NCBI GenBank assembly: GCA_040756235.1
Contig: JBFLZG010000067.1
Span: 1 to 31,803, forward strand
DNA: 31,803 bases
Direction of reading: 5' to 3'
DNA from: a bacterium
Lineage (GTDB): Bacteria > Desulfobacterota > DSWW01
In this document: piece by piece, positions 1 through 8,589 of the stretch
Numbering within the stretch: position 1 is the first letter of the stretch
Layout of the letters: every line of letters begins with the position of its first letter
Notes under the pieces: generated by a model
What the model saw: the letters and a program-made list of their open reading frames with translations, nothing else
Database searches by the model: none
What the model was told of the DNA's origin: nothing
Position numbers and translations under genes: made by a program

Positions 1-156
1 GGGAGGTTTCGCGCCCAGATTTGGGTCAGATTCGGCCGCGACGATTGAGCGAGACCGCAGGCATAGCACGGCTATGTCGAGGATCTTGCGATTGAGGAGC
101 GGTCGAAGATGGCCCGAAGATGGGATGCGAAATGGGAAGTTATTTCTGCGCGAACC
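1..156 (+). repeat. Long imperfect palindromic intergenic element (MITE/REP-like), truncated by the window start
   Basis: The arm TTTCGCGCCCA-GA-TTTGGGTCA-GA-TTCGGCCGC pairs with GCGGTCGAA-GA-TGGCCCGAA-GA-TGGGATGCGAAA. Apical hairpin CATAGC-ACG-GCTATG. Abuts the cydB stop codon. Confidence 0.7.
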
Positions 157-1176
157 CTAAAGGTCCCCTCCCGCCTTCCCCCTGAAGATCCAATGCTTGT
201 AGCCGGTATAGGCGAGGATCAGCGGCAGCAGGACCGCGGTGACGGCCAGCATGAAGCGCAGGGTCTTGGGGGAGGCGGCCGCAGCCTGCACGGTCACCGG
301 CGACGAGATCACGTTCGGGATCATGTCGGGATAGAGGTAGACGGACAGACCGACGAAGGAGAAGAGCACGATGGCCGCGTTCCACAGCAGCGGCGTGCCC
401 TCCTGACGCTTCAGCAGGCTGCGGAAGTAGAGGAGAAAAGAGGCTGCGGCGAGGGCCGGGAAAACCGCCAGGTGAAGGGAGCCGGCAAGGCCGGAGGCCG
501 CCCACGTCGCCGTCACCTTCGGGTATCTTGCGATCACCCACAAGTGCACGCTCGAGGAGATGACCAGGGTGACCAGGGAAGCCGCCCGCGCGATCCGGTA
601 GCCCCGTTCCAGGACGGGACCGCGAGCCTTCAAGATGAGATAGTTCGCCCCCAGCATGGTGTAGCCGACCACGACGCCCGCCGCGACCAGGGCCGCAAAC
701 GGGTTTGACCATCCCCACACCTGGCCCACGAAGCGCCCGTCCCGGAGCTCGAGGCCGGCCAGGAGCCCGCCGAATGCGAAACCCTGGGCCAGGGCGGCAA
801 TCAGGCTGCCGGCACCAAAGGCCCAGCCCCACAGCGCCTTGCGGCGCGAGTTGTGGCGGAACTCGAACGACACCCCGCGCAGGACCAGCCCGAACAGCAT
901 GACGAGGATGGGGACGTAGAGCGCCGAGAGCAGCAGCGCATAAAACACCGGGAAGGCGCCGAACATCATGCCGCCGAGCAGCACCAGCCAGGTCTGGTTG
1001 TCGTGCCAGACGGGCTCCAGAGCGGCCATCATCGAGGCGCGCTCCGGTTCCCCGCGCGCGCCGAGCGAGATGATTCCGACCCCCAGGTCCGCGCCGTCCG
1101 CCACGGCATAGTAGAGGAGAAAGAAGCCGATGATGAAGAGCCAGATGTCGGCCAGGTGCAGCGAGATTCCGAGCAT
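157..1176 (-). CDS. cydB: Cytochrome bd ubiquinol oxidase subunit II
   Basis: Motifs DGADLGVG, PVWHDNQTWLVL..G..FGAFP..Y and LVLRGVSFEFR; polytopic membrane protein directly downstream of cydA. Start set at ATG 1176 (upstream GAGGAAAAGG) rather than TTG 1197. Confidence 0.93.
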   Translation of the reverse strand: MLGISLHLADIWLFIIGFFLLYYAVADGADLGVGIISLGARGEPERASMMAALEPVWHDNQTWLVLLGGMMFGAFPVFYALLLSALYVPILVMLFGLVLRGVSFEFRHNSRRKALWGWAFGAGSLIAALAQGFAFGGLLAGLELRDGRFVGQVWGWSNPFAALVAAGVVVGYTMLGANYLILKARGPVLERGYRIARAASLVTLVISSSVHLWVIARYPKVTATWAASGLAGSLHLAVFPALAAASFLLYFRSLLKRQEGTPLLWNAAIVLFSFVGLSVYLYPDMIPNVISSPVTVQAAAASPKTLRFMLAVTAVLLPLILAYTGYKHWIFRGKAGGDL

Positions 1177-1272
1177 GGGCCCGGCCCTTTTCCTCAAGTG
1201 TTGAGCGCCCTGCCGGCTGTCCCGGTCGCGCGGCCGAGCTCTTGAGCCTTCGCCCCGGCCTGCAGAGGCGCG

Positions 1273-2634
1273 TCAAGCCTGCGGTGCGGGGCTGTCCAGG
1301 TCCGGTCCCCGCACCAGAATGGCTCCTGCGAACACCAGGAACAGCACGAAAAGCAGCGCGTAAACCGCCCCGAACGTCACGAGCGAGCTCCCCACCGCCT
1401 CGGCCGGCAGAGGGGTGGCCGAGCGCTCGGTGCGCAACAAACCGTACAGCACCCAGGGCTGGCGCCCGATCTCCCGCGTGATCCAGCCGGTCTCCAAGGC
1501 AAGGTAGCTCAACGGGACGGCCGCGATCCAGGCGGCCAGCAGGTTTCTCTGCCGGGGGATGCGCTGCGGGCTCAGCCCTCCCCGGCACCAGACCCAGACC
1601 GCTGCCAGCATGATGAAGAACAGGACCAAGCCGATCGCGATCATCACGCGAAAGGCGTAGTAAGGCAGGAGCACGGGGGGCTGGTCCTCGACCGGGAACT
1701 CCCTCAGGCCCCGCACCGTTCCCGTGCGCGAGTGGGTGGTGATCAGGCTGAGCGCGTTAGGGATTTCGATCTCCCATCGGTTTTCCTGGAGCGACTTGTC
1801 CGGCCACGCCACAATCTTCCACGCGGCGCCCGCGCCGGCCGGGTTGGTGTGCCAGTGGGCCTCGATCGCGGCGAGCTTCGCCGGCTGATGCGCGTAGACC
1901 GCCTTGCCGGAGCCGTCCCCCACCCAGATCTGCAGCGGGGTGACGACCACGGCGGCGAGCACGGCCGCCTTGAAGGACTTGAGAAAGAACCGCACGTGCC
2001 GCCCGCGCAACAGGTACCAGGCGCTCACCCCGCCCACGACGAACAGGGAGATCTCGATAGAGGCGAGCCACATGTGCGAGACGCCCCAGGGCATGTCGGG
2101 ATTGAAGATCGCGTGGAAATAGTCGGTGACCACGAACTTGCCGCCTTCGAAGAACCCGCCGGTGGGCGTGTGCATCCACGAGTTGGCGACCATGATCCAG
2201 AACGCCGAGAGCGAGCCGCCCAGGGCCACCATGGAGGTGGCGAAAAGGTGCACGCCCGCGGGCACGCGCTTCCAGCCGAACACCATGATGCCGAGGAAGC
2301 TCGCTTCCAGCATGAAGGCCATGGCGGCCTCGAACCCGAGCATGTGCCCGAAGAAATCGCCGCCCGCGACCGAGAACAGGCTCCAGTTGGTTCCGAACTG
2401 GAATTCCATCGGGATGCCGGTGACCGCCCCCACGGCGAAGTTGAGCAGAAACAGGCGGGTCCAGAACCGCGCGTGCCGGTAATAGGACTCGTCCCGGGTC
2501 TTGAGCCAGAGGGCTTCCAGGGCCAGCAGAAAGAGGCTCAGCCCGATGGTCAATACCGGCCAGAGGATATGGAAGAGCGCGGTGATCCCGAACTGGATGC
2601 GGGAGAGCACGACGGACGGCAGCAGGTCTTCCAT
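1273..2634 (-). CDS. cydA: Cytochrome bd ubiquinol oxidase subunit I (short Q-loop, CIO-like)
   Basis: LSRIQF..TALFH (His19 equivalent), EFQFGTNW, AFMLEASF, NSWMHTP, HQPAKLAAIE (Q-loop K/E), AFRVM (Met393 equivalent), LETGW, EIGRQPW. The 453-aa length fits a short Q-loop. Confidence 0.96.
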   Translation of the reverse strand: MEDLLPSVVLSRIQFGITALFHILWPVLTIGLSLFLLALEALWLKTRDESYYRHARFWTRLFLLNFAVGAVTGIPMEFQFGTNWSLFSVAGGDFFGHMLGFEAAMAFMLEASFLGIMVFGWKRVPAGVHLFATSMVALGGSLSAFWIMVANSWMHTPTGGFFEGGKFVVTDYFHAIFNPDMPWGVSHMWLASIEISLFVVGGVSAWYLLRGRHVRFFLKSFKAAVLAAVVVTPLQIWVGDGSGKAVYAHQPAKLAAIEAHWHTNPAGAGAAWKIVAWPDKSLQENRWEIEIPNALSLITTHSRTGTVRGLREFPVEDQPPVLLPYYAFRVMIAIGLVLFFIMLAAVWVWCRGGLSPQRIPRQRNLLAAWIAAVPLSYLALETGWITREIGRQPWVLYGLLRTERSATPLPAEAVGSSLVTFGAVYALLFVLFLVFAGAILVRGPDLDSPAPQA

Positions 2635-2863
2635 CGGACCGTCTTTCGCTGGAATCGTGGGGCGCCGCGATCAGGATGCAATCGGGAAAGACCTATACGA
2701 ACAAGCATGGCACAAGTCGATGCAGACGGCCAAGGGCTCTTCCGTTTCCTGTCCGCCCGCGTCTCCTGCCCGGCTTCCGAGCTTGAGATGAGAGATCTCC
2801 TGCGCCGCCGGGCCATTGCACCATTGCAAAAGCTCCGCGGTCGTGCTACGTGCTACTGGTACC

Positions 2864-4701
2864 ATGAGCATCTTCAGCAGATTGCAGGTAAGGGTCACCT
2901 TTCTCTTCCTCCTGATGTCGCTCGTCCCGCTGGTGCTGATCAGCATCCTTTTCCTGCGCATCGCGCAAGAGATCATCACGGCCCAGGTCACCAACCAGTT
3001 GGACAACCTCGCCGACGACAAGGTCAGTCTCCTCGAGCGATGGCTGGGCGAAAGAGAGGCGGACCTCCAGGTCATGGCCGAGTCCGTCTACCTCCATGGG
3101 CTGACTCCGGGCCCGATCGATTCCTACGTGGAAGCGATCAAGGAGAATTACAAGGTCTACGAGGGAATCTGGGTGGTGAACCGGGCCGGGGAAGCGCTGT
3201 CCGGGCAAGCTTGCCGACCCTCCGGCTGTCGCGACGAGCTCTGGTTTCAGGAATCCATGGCGGGACGAGGCTATCGTTCCCCCATGATGTTGTCGCAGGA
3301 CGGCAGGAGCTCGGTGTTCTGGCTCTCCGCCCCGATTCGCGACGGGGGTGGGATCGTCATCGGAGCGCTCCGTGCCGGGGTCAATACGGGATCGATCCTC
3401 TCGGACATTCTTCTCCTGTCCCTGGGGCGGACCGGCGAGAGCTATCTGGTGGATCAGACAGGGACCTTCCTCGCCCACCAGGATCCCGAACGGATCCTGT
3501 CCGAGAACATCTCGCAGTCGGGCAGCTTCAAGCGGATCTTCGCCGACTCGAGGGGTCGGCACACCTATCTGGACTACCGCGGGATTCTCGTGCTGGGGGC
3601 TTCGCGTCAGGTGGCGGGAACGGACTGGTATCTCGTGGTCGAACAGGATCGGGACGAGGCGTTCGCGGGCCTCGGCCGCCTGCGCCGCTACCTGCTCCTG
3701 GGCCTCGCCGCGACCTTTTCTGCCTCGCTTCTCATCGCCGGTTTGTTTGCCTCCCATATCGTGGGCCCGATCAGGGACCTGCGGCAGGCCGCAGGCGAGC
3801 TGGAGCAGGGAAGGTTCGAAAACTCCCTGGTGCGCAGCGACCGCGCCGACGAGATCGGCGACCTCTACCGCGCCTTCCGCAGAATGGCCACGGGGCTCAA
3901 GACCCGCGAGGACTCCCTGGAACAGGAGGTGGATCAGAAGGAGAACGAGCTTCGGGAAACCAGCCTCAAGCTGGAACAAACCGAAGCGGTGGCGGCCCGC
4001 GCCCAGCGACTGGCCGCGCTCGGCCAGCTTGCGGCAGGCGTGGCGCACGAAATCCGCACTCCGCTGACCTCACTCAAGCTCTACCTCCAATCGTTGGGAA
4101 GCGAAACCGAATTCTCCCGGGAAGGGGAGGAGGACTTCCGCGTCGCCCTCAAACAGATCCAGCGGATGGAAGCCACCATCAACCGCTTTCTCAACTTCGC
4201 CAAACCCCAGGAGCCGGTCCTGACCTGGCTGGAAGTGCCCGCGCTGATCGAGGATTCTCTGCTGATCGTGGAACCCAGGGCGCACCATCAGGAAATCCGC
4301 GTGAAGCGGGAAATCGCCCCGGACCTGCCCCGCCTCAGAGGGGACAAACGGCAGCTCGGGGAAGTGCTCCTGAATCTGATGATCAACTCCCTCGAAGCCA
4401 TGTCGAAAGGGGATCTCCTGACGATCTCGGCATCGGCAATGGAAGCGGAGGGCGCGGATGGGGTGCGAGCCCGGCGGGTGAAGATCGTGGTCGCGGACAC
4501 GGGCCAGGGGATCGCTCCGGAGGCGGTCGAGAAGATCTTCGATCCCTTCTTCACCACCAAGCCTTCCGGCACCGGCCTGGGCCTTTCCATCGTCCACCAG
4601 ACCGTCACGCTCCACGGCGGCGAGGTGGAGGTGGAAACCCGCAGCGGGAAAGGGACGAGGTTCACCGTCATTCTTCCCGCAGCCGCGGATGAGGCGTGCG
4701 G

Positions 4702-4705
<4 letters not shown>
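2864..4705 (+). CDS. Sensor histidine kinase (TM - dCache-like periplasmic domain - TM - HAMP - HisKA - HATPase)
   Basis: Two TM segments flank a Cache-like region (WF.ESM.G..Y.SP...SAPI; GRTGESYLVD..G.FLAH). HAMP DEIGDL..AF..M, H-box AAGVAHEIRTPL, N-box NLMINSLEAM, G boxes DTGQGI, FDPFFTTK, GTGLGL. ATG 2864 chosen as start. Confidence 0.93.
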
Positions 4706-6144
<1,439 letters not shown>

Positions 6145-6189
6145 CCTCGCCCTGTGGTTCCCGGCCTGCCTTCTCTCCCGCCCTGAGCC

Positions 6190-6248
6190 TGAACAGCGCT
6201 GTTCAAGGTCTGCGCACATCGCTAAGTAGCTGTTTCAGGTGCACATCG
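6190..6248. promoter_or_regulatory. Candidate upstream activator sequences for the sigma-54 promoter at 6385
   Basis: Perfect 16-bp palindrome TGAACAGCGCTGTTCA (6190-6205) and two imperfect direct repeats GCTGTT...GCACATCG (6198-6221, 6229-6248), about 160-220 bp upstream of the predicted start site. Confidence 0.5.
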
Positions 6249-6384
6249 GCTCGCCGAACGAGGCGTGCGGAGGCTGCGCCATGTTCAAGCTTCGGCCTGG
6301 CGCGGACGTGCGGGCGGCACCGGCGGACCCTCTCCCGAGAAGGAAATGCAGCGGGATCGGGTGGTTGGATTCCGCACGCCCGGG

Positions 6385-6400
6385 CGGCACGGACCTTGCT
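6385..6400 (+). promoter_or_regulatory. Sigma-54 (-24/-12) promoter
   Basis: cGGCACGgaccTTGCT matches the TGGCACG-N4-TTGCW consensus with exact GG-GC spacing; lies just downstream of an enhancer-binding protein gene. Confidence 0.85.
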
Positions 6401-6413
6401 CACGCTGAGGAGC

Positions 6414-6767
6414 ATGAAATCCCAAAGCAGTGCGGCCTCCGTGGAGGCGGACATCCGGCGTGAGATCGAGCGCTACAACGCGGCGCTGCGGCATGGTTCC
6501 GCCATTTCCTATGAAGTGCTGAAACAGGCGCTGCAAACGTGGGAAGAGCTCTGGGCGGAGTGCCAGGATCCACGCTCTCCTGAAGAGATCCTGGACGGCA
6601 AACCGCTCGCGCCGGGCGATCTCCCCATTCACGGCTGGCAGAGTCTCCTGGAGAGAATGCAGCTGCTCGGCTATTACCTGCACTATATCCAAAGGCTGCT
6701 GGGTAGAAGTCTCGACCCGGAAACGGAAGACCCGCAACATCCAGCCCGGGGGAAACAAGATCCATGA
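6414..6767 (+). CDS. Small helical hypothetical protein A (117 aa), paralog of the next ORF
   Basis: C-terminal part of ORF 6039..6767 starting at ATG 6414, just after the sigma-54 promoter. Shares AL..W..L.AE...GW...LERM.LL..YL....RL with 6764..7081. ATGA coupling to the next gene. Exact start uncertain (GTG 6441 is an alternative). Confidence 0.75.
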   Translation: MKSQSSAASVEADIRREIERYNAALRHGSAISYEVLKQALQTWEELWAECQDPRSPEEILDGKPLAPGDLPIHGWQSLLERMQLLGYYLHYIQRLLGRSLDPETEDPQHPARGKQDP

Positions 6768-7081
6768 AGCAGAAACTCAGTGTGATCACGGGCGGCAACT
6801 CTCCGGACACCGGTCGGGAACAGCCGATGGAGCCGCTGAGCCCGGAAAGGAAGCTCTACCACTTTCGCAACATCACCTCCTCGATGGCCGGCGATGCGCT
6901 GCGCATCTGGTCGGACCTTTATGCCGAGCTCGACGGCACCGTGGTCTGCGGCACCATGATCACCGCCGATGCGAAGAAAGGGTTCCATCCGCGCTGCGGA
7001 TGGCCGGAGTTCCTGGAACGCATGTGCCTGCTCAGAAACTACCTGGATCACCTCAAGCGGCTCGCCGACACTCGGACCTAG
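6764..7081 (+). CDS. Small helical hypothetical protein B (105 aa), paralog of the previous ORF
   Basis: ATGA overlap with protein A; ALRIWSDLYAE...GWPEFLERMCLLRNYLDHLKRL aligns with protein A. Confidence 0.8.
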   Translation: MKQKLSVITGGNSPDTGREQPMEPLSPERKLYHFRNITSSMAGDALRIWSDLYAELDGTVVCGTMITADAKKGFHPRCGWPEFLERMCLLRNYLDHLKRLADTRT

Positions 7082-7208
7082 CTCCGCTGCCGCCTCAACC
7101 GGAACGCCGTGCCGCCTTGCTTCGCAGCAGGACGCGGAGCAGGGGTGCAACGCAGAAGACGTGACGACCTCCGCCGGACGCCACACCACATCCAAGGAGC
7201 ACGATCCC

Positions 7209-8456
7209 ATGTCCGCACAGAATCCGTTCGCCGTCGCCCAAAAGCAGATCAACGATTGCGCCGACATTCTGAAGCTCAAAGCGGCCGAGCGTGCCGTGCT
7301 CCTCAAGCCGATGCGCGAGCTGCATGTGTCGATTCCCGTGCGCATGGACGACAACGCGGTGCGCGTTTTTCAAGGATTCCGGGTCCAGTACAACGATGCG
7401 CGCGGTCCGTGCAAGGGCGGCATCCGCTTCCACCCGGACGAGACCATCGACACGGTGCGGGCCCTGGCCGCGTGGATGACCTGGAAGTGCTCGCTCCTGG
7501 ACCTCCCGCTCGGCGGCGGCAAGGGAGGCGTGATCTGCAACCCGAAAGAGCTCACTCCGGGAGAGCTGGAACGGCTCAGCCGCGGCTATGTACGGGCCGT
7601 CGGTTCCTTCATCGGCCCGGACAAGGACGTTCCCGCCCCGGACGTCTACACGACCCCCCAGATCATGGCCTGGATGATGGACGAGTACTCCAAGATGGTG
7701 GGAAAGAACCAGTTCGGTCTGATCACCGGCAAGCCGCTTCCCCTGGGCGGCTCCGCGGGCCGCGGGGACGCGACCGCCCGCGGCGGCATGTTCACCCTGC
7801 GGGAGGCGGGCAAGCAGCTCGGAATCGACCTGAGAAACGCGACCGTCGCCATCCAGGGATTCGGCAACGCCGGATGCTTCGCGGCGCGTCTGGTCGAATC
7901 GATGTTCGGCTGCCGGCTGGTGGCCTGCAGCGACTCCCGCGGCGGAGTGTGCAACCCGGACGGGATCCGTGCCGAGCAGGCCTGCCGGCACAAGGAAGAG
8001 ACCTCCTCGGTGGTCGGTCTTGCAAAAGGGTCTCCTGTCTCGAATGATGAGATCATCGAGATGAAGGTGGACATCCTCGTCCTGGCGGCCCTGGAGAACG
8101 TGGTCACCGATCAGAATGCCAACCGCATCAAAGCCAAGATCATCCTGGAGCTCGCCAACGGCCCGACCACGCCCGAGGCCGACCGCATCCTTTACCAGAA
8201 GGGGGTCCACGTGATCCCCGACTTCCTGTGCAACGCGGGCGGCGTCACCGTCTCCTACTTCGAAATGGTGCAGAACTTCTACATGTACTGCTGGGACCTG
8301 GACGAAGTGCACCGGCAGCTCGACCAGCGCATGACCAGGGCGTATCATCAGGTCCTGGACACCTCCGAGCATTACCGCATCCACATGCGGCAGGCGGCCT
8401 ACGTCGTTGCGGTGAAGCGCGTGGTCGAGGCGATGCAGCTGCGCGGCTGGATCTGA
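7209..8456 (+). CDS. gdhA: Glutamate dehydrogenase (Glu/Leu/Phe/Val dehydrogenase family, 415 aa)
   Basis: GPCKGGIRF, MTWKC, GGGKGG, DVPAPD, GKP...GGS.GR..AT.RG, QGFGNAG, ELANGP, PDFLCNAGGVTVSYFE. AAGGAG SD before ATG 7209. Confidence 0.95.
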   Translation: MSAQNPFAVAQKQINDCADILKLKAAERAVLLKPMRELHVSIPVRMDDNAVRVFQGFRVQYNDARGPCKGGIRFHPDETIDTVRALAAWMTWKCSLLDLPLGGGKGGVICNPKELTPGELERLSRGYVRAVGSFIGPDKDVPAPDVYTTPQIMAWMMDEYSKMVGKNQFGLITGKPLPLGGSAGRGDATARGGMFTLREAGKQLGIDLRNATVAIQGFGNAGCFAARLVESMFGCRLVACSDSRGGVCNPDGIRAEQACRHKEETSSVVGLAKGSPVSNDEIIEMKVDILVLAALENVVTDQNANRIKAKIILELANGPTTPEADRILYQKGVHVIPDFLCNAGGVTVSYFEMVQNFYMYCWDLDEVHRQLDQRMTRAYHQVLDTSEHYRIHMRQAAYVVAVKRVVEAMQLRGWI

Positions 8457-8589
8457 CGATCTGTCGCCCTGCCGTTGTCGGGCCCGGGCGCGGGCAGGCG
8501 CCGAACGGCCCGCGCCAGCGACAACGACCGCTCTGCCCGGTCCGGCGCATCCGTGCGGGGGCTCCCGGAGGGCGTCCCGGAATTCCGCC

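Noticed and set aside
2708..2724. Sigma-54-like TGGCACAAGTCGATGCA between cydA and the kinase
   Set aside because: GG-GC spacing is one base too long, which sigma-54 does not tolerate, and it faces away from cydA.
1732..4692. 986-aa ORF and similar long ORFs (8245..11574, 14576..17635, 14679..17192, 18960..21266, 22065..24275, 29573..31582)
   Set aside because: Antisense or off-frame shadows of well-supported genes; Arg/Gly/Pro-rich and expected in high-GC DNA.
6239..6463. 74-aa ORF with a CxxC motif
   Set aside because: Overlaps the UAS, the sigma-54 promoter and protein A; no SD or recognisable family.
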